Below are positions 7,508 to 15,994 of a stretch of DNA of 32,000 nucleotides, piece by piece. The notes under the pieces are model-generated. The model was given only the letters and a program-made list of their open reading frames with translations, was not told the DNA's origin and searched no databases. A program made the position numbers and the translations under genes. Origin of the DNA: Sphingomonadales bacterium. GTDB taxonomy: Bacteria; Pseudomonadota; Alphaproteobacteria; Sphingomonadales; Sphingomonadaceae. Position 1 is the stretch's first letter; each line of letters opens with the position of its first letter. Location: the NCBI GenBank assembly GCA_038229555.1, contig JBBROI010000001.1, forward strand, positions 253,678 through 285,677, read 5' to 3'.

Positions 7508-9451
7508 GTGCGCAGCGAAACCCTTTCTCCCGTCGCAGCGTTCGCCGATACCCGTCTCGACGCCGCCATCGGCAAGGCGATGCAAGCGCTTCTCGCCGCG
7601 CAGCAGCCCGACGGGCATTGGGTATTCGAGCTCGAGGCCGATGCAACGATCCCGGCGGAATATATCCTGCTGGTGCATTATCTCGGCGAAGCGGCGGACG
7701 CCGAACTCGAACGCAAGATCGGCGTCTATCTGCGGCGCATCCAAGGCGCACATGGCGGCTGGCCGCTGTTCCACGGCGGGCCGCTCGACATCAGCGCGAC
7801 GGTGAAGGCGTACTTCGCGCTCAAGATGATCGGCGACGGCATCGATGCGCCGCATATGGCGCGCGCCCGCGCCGAGATCCTGTCGCGCGGTGGTGCGGCG
7901 GCGGCGAATGTGTTCACCCGCATCCAACTGGCGCTGTTCGGCGAACTGTCGTGGGATGCGATCCCGACGATGCCGGTCGAACTGATACTGCTGCCGCGCT
8001 GGTTCCCGATCCATCTCAGCCGCATGTCGTACTGGGCGCGGACGGTCATCGTGCCGCTATTGGTGCTGCAGGTGAAGCGGCCCGTTGCCGCCAATCCGCG
8101 CGGTATCGGCGTTGCCGAACTATTCGGGCCGCCGCTGCGCGTGGGGGCGGCTGGCCATCAGAAGCGGCTGTGGGTGGCGGGGTTCGGCGCGCTGGATTGG
8201 GTGCTGAAACGCATCGAGCCGTTCTGGCCCAAGCGCCTGCGCGCCCGCGCCATCCAAACGTGCGTCGATTTTACCACTGCGCGGTTGAACGGTGAGGACG
8301 GCCTTGGCGCGATCTACCCGGCGATGGCCAACAGCGTCATGATGTACGCAGCACTCGGCTACGCTGCCGATGACGCAGTGCGCGCGACGGCGCGGCGCTC
8401 GGTTGAAAAGCTGCTCGTCGTCAAAGAACACGAGGCGTATTGCCAGCCGTGCGTGTCGCCGGTGTGGGATACTGCGCTCGCCGCGCATGCGCTGCTCGAA
8501 GCCGGAACGCCGGCGGCGGAAACGGCGGCGCTCGACGGGCTCGATTGGCTGCTGCCGTTGCAGGAACTCGAGGTCAAAGGCGACTGGGCGGATCGCAAGC
8601 CCGATGTGCGGCCCGGCGGCTGGGCGTTCCAGTATCGCAATGCGCACTACCCCGATCTCGACGATACCGCCGTGGTGGTGATGGCGCTCGACCGCGCGGC
8701 GCGCGGCGACCGCGATGTGCAGGCTATCGCGCGCGGGGTCGAATGGACCGTCGGATTGCAAAGCCGCAACGGCGGCTGGGGAGCGTTCGACGCCGATAAC
8801 AGCGACCATTATCTCAACAATATCCCGTTTGCCGACCATGGCGCGCTGCTCGATCCGCCGACGGTCGATGTGTCGGCGCGGGTCATTTCGATGTTGGCGC
8901 AGCGGGGGGAGGCGGCCGGGTCGGCCCGGATGGCGGCGGCGGTCGGCTATGTCCTCGGCGACCAACTGCCCGATGGCAGCTGGTTCGGGCGCTGGGGGGT
9001 CAATTATATCTACGGCACCTGGTCGGCGCTGTGCGCGCTCAATGCGGCAGGGGTCGACCCGGCGGCCGAGCCGGTGCGGCGCGCGGTCGGCTGGCTGACG
9101 GCGATCCAGAACCCCGACGGCGGCTGGGGCGAGGATTGCGACAGCTATGCGCTCGATTACGCCGGCCACCGCCCGGCGGCATCGCGCCCGTCGCAGACCG
9201 CGTGGGCACTGCTTGGGCTGATGGCGGCAGGCGAAGCTGCATCCGATGTGGTGGCGCGGGGCATTGCGTGGCTGCAGGCGGCGCAGGACGATGGCGGCGA
9301 CTGGGCCGAGGAGGATTACACCGGCGGCGGTTTCCCGCGGGTCTTCTACCTGCGCTACCACGGCTACCGCCGCTATTTCCCGCTATGGGCGCTGGCGCGC
9401 TATCGCAACTTGCAGGCGAGCAATACGGGAAAAGTCGCATGGGGGATGTGA
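7508..9451 (+). CDS. shc: Squalene-hopene cyclase
   Basis: DLDDTAVVVMALD (DxDDTA catalytic motif), several QW motifs (QNPDGGWGEDCDSY, QSRNGGWGAFDADN, PDGSWFGRWGVNYIYGTW); GTG start. Confidence 0.97.
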   Translation: MRSETLSPVAAFADTRLDAAIGKAMQALLAAQQPDGHWVFELEADATIPAEYILLVHYLGEAADAELERKIGVYLRRIQGAHGGWPLFHGGPLDISATVKAYFALKMIGDGIDAPHMARARAEILSRGGAAAANVFTRIQLALFGELSWDAIPTMPVELILLPRWFPIHLSRMSYWARTVIVPLLVLQVKRPVAANPRGIGVAELFGPPLRVGAAGHQKRLWVAGFGALDWVLKRIEPFWPKRLRARAIQTCVDFTTARLNGEDGLGAIYPAMANSVMMYAALGYAADDAVRATARRSVEKLLVVKEHEAYCQPCVSPVWDTALAAHALLEAGTPAAETAALDGLDWLLPLQELEVKGDWADRKPDVRPGGWAFQYRNAHYPDLDDTAVVVMALDRAARGDRDVQAIARGVEWTVGLQSRNGGWGAFDADNSDHYLNNIPFADHGALLDPPTVDVSARVISMLAQRGEAAGSARMAAAVGYVLGDQLPDGSWFGRWGVNYIYGTWSALCALNAAGVDPAAEPVRRAVGWLTAIQNPDGGWGEDCDSYALDYAGHRPAASRPSQTAWALLGLMAAGEAASDVVARGIAWLQAAQDDGGDWAEEDYTGGGFPRVFYLRYHGYRRYFPLWALARYRNLQASNTGKVAWGM

Positions 9452-9516
9452 GCCTCCACTTCCGCCTGCGGGAAGGGCCGGAGTGCGACATGCCACGCTT
9501 CGCTCCTATCCCACCT

Positions 9517-9596
9517 GTCATCCCGGCGAAGGCCGGGATCCAGTTTCTGGACGCCCATCCCAAAGCAAACTGGCTCCCGGCCTGCGCCGGGATGAC
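9517..9596. repeat. Large inverted-repeat element B
   Basis: Left arm GTCATCCCGGCGAAGGCCGGGATCCAGTTT (9517-9546) and right arm AAACTGGCTCCCGGCCTGCGCCGGGATGAC (9567-9596); 28 of 30 positions complementary. Confidence 0.9.
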
Positions 9597-9622
9597 AGCA
9601 AAGTGCCGATGAAAGCCCCCCA

Positions 9623-10300
9623 ATGACCGCCCATGTCGTCGTCGCCACCGGCTTCAACCGCGAAGTCGCCACCATCCGCCAATCGGGCGTCATCGTCATT
9701 GCCGGCGGCGGCGATCCCATCGGCTTGCGCGCCCGGATCGAAGCCGCCGCCGAGGGCGCTGCGGGCATCATGAGCTATGGCATGTGCGGCGCGCTCGCCG
9801 ATGGTCTGGTCATCGGCGACTGGGTGGTCGGCGACCGGCTGTCGGGGGCGGTCGATCTCGATTGCGATGCCGATTGGCGGGCGGCGTTACTGGCGAGGCT
9901 GCCGGCGGCGCGCGCAGGTGGCGTCTTCGCTGATGGCCGGATGATCGATACCGTCGCCGAAAAGCTGGCGCTCGGGCAACGCCACGCCGCGCTGGCAGTC
10001 GATATGGAAAGCCATGTCGCCGCTGCCGTTGCCGCCGAACGCGGCCTGCCGTTCGCCATCCTGCGCTGCGTTTCGGACGGCGCACGCCACCTGCTGCCCC
10101 ACGCCATCACCGTTTCGATGCGGGCAGACGGCGGGGTCAACGCCGGGGCGATGCTACGCTCGCTGGCGACGCGCCCGGGGCAAATCGCCGATGTGGCGCG
10201 AACGGGCGCAGGGTTCGCGCGGGCGATGCGGGAATTGGCGCGTGGGGCCGCGATGGTGGGCGAGGGGATGGCACTATCCTCCCCTGAAAAGGAAGACTAA
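9623..10300 (+). CDS. hpnG: Hopanoid-associated phosphorylase/nucleosidase HpnG
   Basis: VATGFNREVATIRQSGVIVIAGG...GIMSYGMCGALADGLVIGDWVVGDRL; located between shc and hpnH. Confidence 0.88.
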   Translation: MTAHVVVATGFNREVATIRQSGVIVIAGGGDPIGLRARIEAAAEGAAGIMSYGMCGALADGLVIGDWVVGDRLSGAVDLDCDADWRAALLARLPAARAGGVFADGRMIDTVAEKLALGQRHAALAVDMESHVAAAVAAERGLPFAILRCVSDGARHLLPHAITVSMRADGGVNAGAMLRSLATRPGQIADVARTGAGFARAMRELARGAAMVGEGMALSSPEKED

Positions 10301-11442
10301 GCCGCCCGCTGCACCCGCTTCCACCCTTCCGGATCGGCGTTCTTGATCCGCTCGAGTTCCTTCTCGACATGGTCGGAGAATGTGTCCTTGGCGGGCCGCG
10401 CGTTCGACAGGTCGATATCCACTGCCATCGGGCCTTCGGTGCGGACCCCGTTGCGGCCGATGCTGAACATCTTCAGCGGGTGGCGGATGGCATCGGTCGC
10501 CGCCGTGCCTTCGAAGCCGCAATGGACCATGCAGTTCGAACATTTGGCATATTTGCCAACGCCGTACTGGTCCCAATCGGTGCCTTCCATCAGTTCGGCG
10601 AAGCTCTGCACATAGCCTTCGCCGACGAGGTAGCACGGCTTTTGCCAGCCAAAGACGGTGCGTAGCGGCATCGACCATGGCGTGCATTCATAGGTCTGGT
10701 TGCCCGCAAGGAAATCGAGGAACAGCGGCGAATTGGTGAACGCCCAGTCCTTGCCACCATTGCCGCGGCGGAACACGTCGCGAAAGAAGGTCTTGGTGCG
10801 TTCGCGGTTGAGGAAGTGCTCCTGATCGGCGGCACGCTCATACGCGTACCCCGGTGACAGAGTGATTTCGACGTCGCGTTTCTTCATTTCGTCGAAGAAA
10901 CCCGCCAGCCGCTCGGCCGACGCGCCGTCGAACACGGTGCAATTGATCTGAACGCGGAAGCCCTTGGACTTGGCGAGTTCGATCGCTTCAATGGCGACTT
11001 CGTAGGTTCCATCCTGATCGACGGCATGGTCGTGCATACCCTTGTCGCCGTCGAGGTGGATCGACCAAGTGAAGTAGGGCGACGGCGCGTAATCGTCGAT
11101 CTTTTTCTTCAATAACAGCGCGTTGGTGCACAGGATGACGAACTTCTTCTTGGCGATATAGCCCTTGACGATCTTCGGCATATCACGATGCAGCAATGGC
11201 TCGCCGCCGGCGATCGACACAGCAGGCGCACCGCATTCGTCGATGGCGTCCATACACTGGTTATAGCTCAGCCGCTGGTTGAGGATGGCATCGGGATAAT
11301 CGATCTTGCCGCAGCCGGGGCAGGCAAGATTGCACCGCAGCAGCGGCTCGAGCATCAGCACGAGCGGATATTTGCCGCCCTTGATGTGCTGGGCGACGGT
11401 GTAGGTGCCGATCCGCAACAGCGGGGCGAGGGGCAGCGTCAT
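10297..11442 (-). CDS. hpnH: Radical SAM protein HpnH (adenosylhopane synthase)
   Basis: CNLACPGCGKIDYPDAILNQRLSYNQCMDAIDECGAPAVSIAGGEPLLH; radical SAM CxxxCxxC motif. Confidence 0.95.
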   Translation of the reverse strand: MTLPLAPLLRIGTYTVAQHIKGGKYPLVLMLEPLLRCNLACPGCGKIDYPDAILNQRLSYNQCMDAIDECGAPAVSIAGGEPLLHRDMPKIVKGYIAKKKFVILCTNALLLKKKIDDYAPSPYFTWSIHLDGDKGMHDHAVDQDGTYEVAIEAIELAKSKGFRVQINCTVFDGASAERLAGFFDEMKKRDVEITLSPGYAYERAADQEHFLNRERTKTFFRDVFRRGNGGKDWAFTNSPLFLDFLAGNQTYECTPWSMPLRTVFGWQKPCYLVGEGYVQSFAELMEGTDWDQYGVGKYAKCSNCMVHCGFEGTAATDAIRHPLKMFSIGRNGVRTEGPMAVDIDLSNARPAKDTFSDHVEKELERIKNADPEGWKRVQRAA

Positions 11443-11553
11443 CGATCGATCCTTGTTCGGGTGCCGAGGTGTTTGGCGGTTTGCAACCGGACGTTCATTG
11501 CATCCATGTGGAGGATTTGCTCCAGAAGCAAGCGCTTCGGTGCCGCAAGTGTC

Positions 11554-12540
11554 TCAGCCATTGCGGACCATAGCCCGGCCTTCGCCGATCTGCCATGCGA
11601 TGATGATCGGGATGCCGATAGCGAGGTCACGCGCGCGCTTGAGCAATGACAGCGCCAGCGCCGCCTCGGGCGGCAGGCCGAACAACGGCCCGATCAGCAC
11701 ATACGCCCCCTCTTGCAGCCCGATGGCGCCGGGGATGAGGAAGGCGGCGGTGCGCAGTGTGAAGATCAACCCTTCGATGACGATCACCGATCCGACGGGC
11801 AGGTCGACGTCGATCAGCGTCAGCGCGATCCACGCTCCCGCGCCGCTGCCGACCCAGGTGACGATATGGAGCAGGAACGAGGTGATCAGTGCGCGGCGGC
11901 GGCGATAGATGGCGTCGAGCGTGTCGCGCACCTCGGTCAGCGCCGCGACCGACCCCGGTAGAATTGCGCTGCCGATGCGCGCGCCGAACAGCAGCAGCGG
12001 ACGCTGGCCGATGGTGAAGGCGACCATGACGGCAATGCTGACGCCAAGCCCGGCGGCGGCGAGGGTCAGCAAATTCTGACTGGTGGGGGTGTGCGACAGC
12101 AGCAGCGCCAGCGCGACGACGCTGCCGACGGTATAGACGAGTTGCGCGGCGAGCTCGGTCGTCTGGTCGGCGATCAATGAGGCGTACACCGTCGTCGATG
12201 CCACCCCGCGCGACGCCACGGCACGGGCTCCGACGACAATCCCGCCGAGTTGCGAAAAGGGCAGCACATCGGTCGCCGCCTCGCGCGCCATGCGGCCCCA
12301 GATAAAGGCGCTTAGGTTGCCCGGGGCGAGTACCGACCACGCAAGACCAAGGATGCTGAGGATGACGAGCGTTACCGCGCAATAGGCGATGAAACCCGGC
12401 ACGCCGATCCGCCGCACCGCACCGAGCACATCGCCCGCGCCGACGCTGGCGATCAGCGCAAGGGTGACGGCAAGTCCGGCAACGGTAACGAGGATTGCGG
12501 CGAGGCGCAGGCGGTCGATCTTGCGGGGTTGGTCGGCCAT
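11554..12540 (-). CDS. hpnL: HpnL-type membrane protein (lysylphosphatidylglycerol synthase/flippase-like fold)
   Basis: Multi-pass protein with DQTTELAAQLVYTVG and FLIPGAIGLQEGAYVLIGPLFGLPPEAALALSLLKRARDLAIGIP, in an hpnH/hpnJ neighbourhood. Confidence 0.85.
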   Translation of the reverse strand: MADQPRKIDRLRLAAILVTVAGLAVTLALIASVGAGDVLGAVRRIGVPGFIAYCAVTLVILSILGLAWSVLAPGNLSAFIWGRMAREAATDVLPFSQLGGIVVGARAVASRGVASTTVYASLIADQTTELAAQLVYTVGSVVALALLLSHTPTSQNLLTLAAAGLGVSIAVMVAFTIGQRPLLLFGARIGSAILPGSVAALTEVRDTLDAIYRRRRALITSFLLHIVTWVGSGAGAWIALTLIDVDLPVGSVIVIEGLIFTLRTAAFLIPGAIGLQEGAYVLIGPLFGLPPEAALALSLLKRARDLAIGIPIIIAWQIGEGRAMVRNG

Positions 12541-12571
12541 ATCTGTTTACCTTCGTCCAACACCAACCTTA

Positions 12572-12643
12572 GTCACCCCCGGGACGGCGGGGGGCCACCA
12601 CCTGGACGCTGAGGAGATGGACCCCCGCCTTCGCGGGGGTGAC
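12572..12643. repeat. Imperfect inverted-repeat element C
   Basis: Left arm GTCACCCCCGGGACGGCGGGGGGCCACCAC and right arm GAGATGGACCCCCGCCTTCGCGGGGGTGAC; about 25 of 30 positions complementary. Same terminal GTCAYCCC...GGGRTGAC layout as elements A and B. Confidence 0.75.
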
Positions 12644-12686
12644 GCATGTGGCTTTGGCGCGACACTAAACCGTGCAAGCGGCTGGC

Positions 12687-14108
12687 TTACGCTGCCTTCT
12701 TGCGGTCGCGCAGGAAGTTGAAGAATTCGACTCCCTCGCGCAGGCGGCGCTTCATCATGTCGCCGTCGCGAACCATTTCGCCGACAATCGCGCCGATCTT
12801 GCGCGGGCGGAAATAGAATTTCTTGTAGAACATTTCGACCGCGTCGAAAATCTCGCGCGCCGGCAGGTGTTCATAGCTCAGCTGCGCGATCTGGTTGCCG
12901 TCGTCGTTCAACAGGTCGCGGCTGGTATCGAACCAGCCATTGTCGCTCGCCTGCTTGTGCAGGAAAGTGCCCGGGTACGGCGCGGCGAGCGAGACCTGGA
13001 TAGTGTGCGGATCGACTTCCTTGGCAAACGCCAGCGATTCCAGAATCGTCTCGCGCGTCTCGCCGGGCAGGCCGAGGATGAAAGTGCCGTGGACGGCGAT
13101 GCCGAGTTCCTTGCAATCCTTGGCGAACTGGCGCGCGACTTCGGTACGCAGGCCCTTTTTGATATTGATCAGGATCTGCTGATTGCCGCTTTCGAAACCG
13201 ACGAGCAGCAGCCGCAGTCCGCCTTCCTTCATCGCCTTCAAGGTCTTGTACGGCACGTTGGCCTTGGCGTTGCACGACCAGACGACGCCGAGCTTGCCGA
13301 GTTCGGCAGCAAGCGCTTCGACACGCGGGGCGTTGTCGGTCAGCGTATCGTCGTCGAAGAAAATCTCCTTCGATTGCGGGAAGTTCTTGAGGACGTATTT
13401 CACCTCCTCGATGACATGGCCGATCGAGCGGACCCGGTAATTATGCCCGCCGACGGTCTGCGGCCACAGGCAGAAAGTGCACCGCGATTTGCAGCCGCGC
13501 CCGGTGTAGAAACTGATGTACGGGTGCTTGAGATAGCCGCCGAAATAATTCTCCATGACCAGATCGCGCTTGTAGATCGGCGTGACGAACGGCAGTTGGT
13601 CCATGTCGGTCAACACGGTGCGATCAGCGTTGTGGACGATGACGCCGCTGTTGTTGCGATAGCTGATGCCATCGATCTTGGCCCAGTCATGGCCGTCGGC
13701 GATGTCCTTGATAGTGAAATCGAATTCGTTGCGCGCGACGAAATCGATCGCCTCACTGGCCTTCAGGCTACCATCGGCATCGACGGCGACCTTCGCCCCG
13801 ATCATACCGATCTTCAGCGCCGGATTGAGCGCCTTGAGCATTTCGGCCGTGCGGATGTCCTGATTGAACGACGGCGTCGAGGTGTGCAGGACGACGAGGT
13901 CGCGTTGCTTTGCCTCAGGCGCAATATCCTCGAACGACAGATTGTGCGCCGGCGCATCGATCAGCTTCGAGCCTTCGACGAGCGCGGCGGGTTGTGCCAG
14001 CCATGTCGGATACCAGAAGGATTTGACCTCGCGCTTCATCTGGTAGCGCGCACCGGCGCCGCCGTCATAGCCATCGAAGGAGGGGGCCTGCAGAAAGAGC
14101 GAACGCAT
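12687..14108 (-). CDS. hpnJ: Radical SAM/B12-binding protein HpnJ (hopanoid cyclitol ether pathway)
   Basis: CKSRCTFCLWPQTVGGHNYRVRS (CxxxCxxC), FDDDTLTDN, LVGFESGNQQILINIKKGL. Confidence 0.93.
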   Translation of the reverse strand: MRSLFLQAPSFDGYDGGAGARYQMKREVKSFWYPTWLAQPAALVEGSKLIDAPAHNLSFEDIAPEAKQRDLVVLHTSTPSFNQDIRTAEMLKALNPALKIGMIGAKVAVDADGSLKASEAIDFVARNEFDFTIKDIADGHDWAKIDGISYRNNSGVIVHNADRTVLTDMDQLPFVTPIYKRDLVMENYFGGYLKHPYISFYTGRGCKSRCTFCLWPQTVGGHNYRVRSIGHVIEEVKYVLKNFPQSKEIFFDDDTLTDNAPRVEALAAELGKLGVVWSCNAKANVPYKTLKAMKEGGLRLLLVGFESGNQQILINIKKGLRTEVARQFAKDCKELGIAVHGTFILGLPGETRETILESLAFAKEVDPHTIQVSLAAPYPGTFLHKQASDNGWFDTSRDLLNDDGNQIAQLSYEHLPAREIFDAVEMFYKKFYFRPRKIGAIVGEMVRDGDMMKRRLREGVEFFNFLRDRKKAA

Positions 14109-14115
14109 GGGGAAA

Positions 14116-15264
14116 TCAGGTCCTTTGAGTGGCCGAAATCCGGCCGGTACGCGATACTCTATAGCGGCTGCCGCGCCACGTCACATCCCTGACGAAGGGT
14201 GTCGCAAGATAGATCGCGGCGGAGAGCAGGTCGCGTAACGGCAGCAGGAACAGGGAGCCGCTGTGCGTTTCTGTCACGGCATCGACCCGCAACGCGAGGA
14301 TCAGCCTGGACGCGAGGGCGATATTGACAATGGCAAGGCCCGCCATGCCGAAGCCGCCGAGCGCAGCGCCAGCGACGGCGAGCGCTAGGCAATGGGTGAC
14401 TCCACTGCCGATGAACCCCAGCGAGTCGATGCCAAAGATGGTCCGTGTCCAGCGCAATTCGTGACGGACGAGCGCTGCGAACCCTGTCTCGTCGCCGCTA
14501 TGGACGATGGTGAAGCGCGGGATGACGGTGGCGAGGCCAAGGCCACGCACGGCTTCACCAAGGGCATAATCGTCGGCAAGGACGTCAGCCAGAATGGCAA
14601 AGCCGCCAACCGCGTCGAGCGTCTGGCGAGTGAACGCCATCGTCGGACCAAGCGTCGGGCAGGCAAGGCCGGTGGCACAACCGATAACGACGCTCGGCAT
14701 GAAGCGGTAGCTGATGTCCATCGCGCCGAGCACCGACCAGAAGCCGGCGTCGCCGCGCCCCGAATGGAGGCACGAGGCGAGGCCGACACCGGGTTCGGCG
14801 AGCGCCGCCGCTAGTCGTTCAAGCGTGTCGGGACCCCAGGCAACATCGCTGTCGGCAAGCACCAGCATCGGGTGTTTGGCATGCGCCACCATGTTGATGA
14901 CATTGGACACTTTGGCGCTCGCCCCGTGGCGGGTCGCATCGACGATCAGGCTTATGTCGGCACTTGGGTAGGTGGACTGCAGCAGCGCCACCGTGGCGAC
15001 GGCGGCGTCATCGCCGCGCGCGACGCCGAAGACGATCTGCACCGGGGCAGCATAACGCTGCGCGAACAGCGTTTCGAGATTGGCGCGCAGCCGCGGTTCG
15101 ACGCCGTGCAGCGGCTTTAGAATGGATACCGCCATCGGCGGTGCACTGCTAACCGCGCGGGGGCGATAGCCGCCCATCAGCCATGCAGCCGCCAGCGTAT
15201 AGACGCAGCCGAGCAGTGCCAGCGCCAGCAACAGCTGCGCCAATCCCTCGGTAAGTGCCGCCAT
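14116..15264 (-). CDS. hpnI: Hopanoid glycosyltransferase HpnI
   Basis: AVSILKPLHGVEPRLRANLETLFAQRYAAPVQIVFGVARGDDAAV, LVLADSDVAWGPDTL; adjacent to hpnJ. Confidence 0.92.
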   Translation of the reverse strand: MAALTEGLAQLLLALALLGCVYTLAAAWLMGGYRPRAVSSAPPMAVSILKPLHGVEPRLRANLETLFAQRYAAPVQIVFGVARGDDAAVATVALLQSTYPSADISLIVDATRHGASAKVSNVINMVAHAKHPMLVLADSDVAWGPDTLERLAAALAEPGVGLASCLHSGRGDAGFWSVLGAMDISYRFMPSVVIGCATGLACPTLGPTMAFTRQTLDAVGGFAILADVLADDYALGEAVRGLGLATVIPRFTIVHSGDETGFAALVRHELRWTRTIFGIDSLGFIGSGVTHCLALAVAGAALGGFGMAGLAIVNIALASRLILALRVDAVTETHSGSLFLLPLRDLLSAAIYLATPFVRDVTWRGSRYRVSRTGRISATQRT

Positions 15265-15341
15265 CCCCTCTCGAACTTTCTGTTCAGCCCCGGTATCACC
15301 CTAGCGCAGTATCCGCCGCATTGTCTCCAGGAGTTACATCG

Positions 15342-15929
15342 ATGCGATTTTCGTCCGCCTTTGCGACGATTATGTTGGTGGCGGCGGTGCCTTCGGCCGC
15401 GGCGACCGAACCGGCCGCGCGGATGGCGGCGTATAACGACGGTGTCGTTGCCATCATGAAGGCCAAGCTTGGTGACAAGGCACGGGTCGATCGGTTCGAA
15501 GTCCTGGTGCGCGACAGCTATGACATGGCGGGCATTGCGGCGCTCGTCGTCGGCACGAAATGGCCGGCGGCGACCCCGACGGAAAAACAGACGGCGATTG
15601 CCGCGCTGACCCGCCATTCGGCGGTGTCGCTGGCGCATAATTTCGTGCGCTATGGTGGCGAGCGTTTTGTCGTCGATCCGGCAGTGGTGGCGCGCGGCAC
15701 CAGCAGCGTCGTCAAGGTGACGATCTTTTCGACCGGTCGCAGCGATGTGTTGCAATACCGGATGCGGCAGGCCGATGGCGAATGGCGGGTGCTCGACGTT
15801 GTTGCGCAGGGTGTGAGCCAGCTTGCCGTGCAACGCGCCGATCTCGCCGCCACGCTGGCGAGCGCCGGCATCGCCGGACTGGCGCGCAAATTGGGTGAGA
15901 TCGACGCGAAGCTGCTGGCGACTCCATAG
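15342..15929 (+). CDS. hpnM: HpnM/MlaC (Ttg2D)-family periplasmic protein
   Basis: Signal peptide MRFSSAFATIMLVAAVPSAAA, then VDRFEVLVRDSYDMAGIAALVVGTKWPAATPTEKQTAIAALTRHSAVSLAHNF; ATG at 15342 with AGGAG upstream. Confidence 0.85.
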   Translation: MRFSSAFATIMLVAAVPSAAATEPAARMAAYNDGVVAIMKAKLGDKARVDRFEVLVRDSYDMAGIAALVVGTKWPAATPTEKQTAIAALTRHSAVSLAHNFVRYGGERFVVDPAVVARGTSSVVKVTIFSTGRSDVLQYRMRQADGEWRVLDVVAQGVSQLAVQRADLAATLASAGIAGLARKLGEIDAKLLATP

Positions 15930-15994
15930 GGTTTTCCGGGCGTGGCGCGGGGTATCGTGACAAACCGCTGCCCGCGCCCTATCCCGCCTGCACC

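Noticed and set aside
12672-14192. 506-aa plus-strand ORF covering hpnJ
   Set aside because: It lies opposite a clearly conserved radical SAM gene. Its Arg/Asp-rich sequence has no recognisable domain; this is the usual antisense open frame in GC-rich DNA.
1500-15929. Hopanoid locus as a previously undescribed system
   Set aside because: Nearly all genes match the known hpn/shc set. Only the missing hpnK, the TPR leader gene and the intergenic elements stand out.
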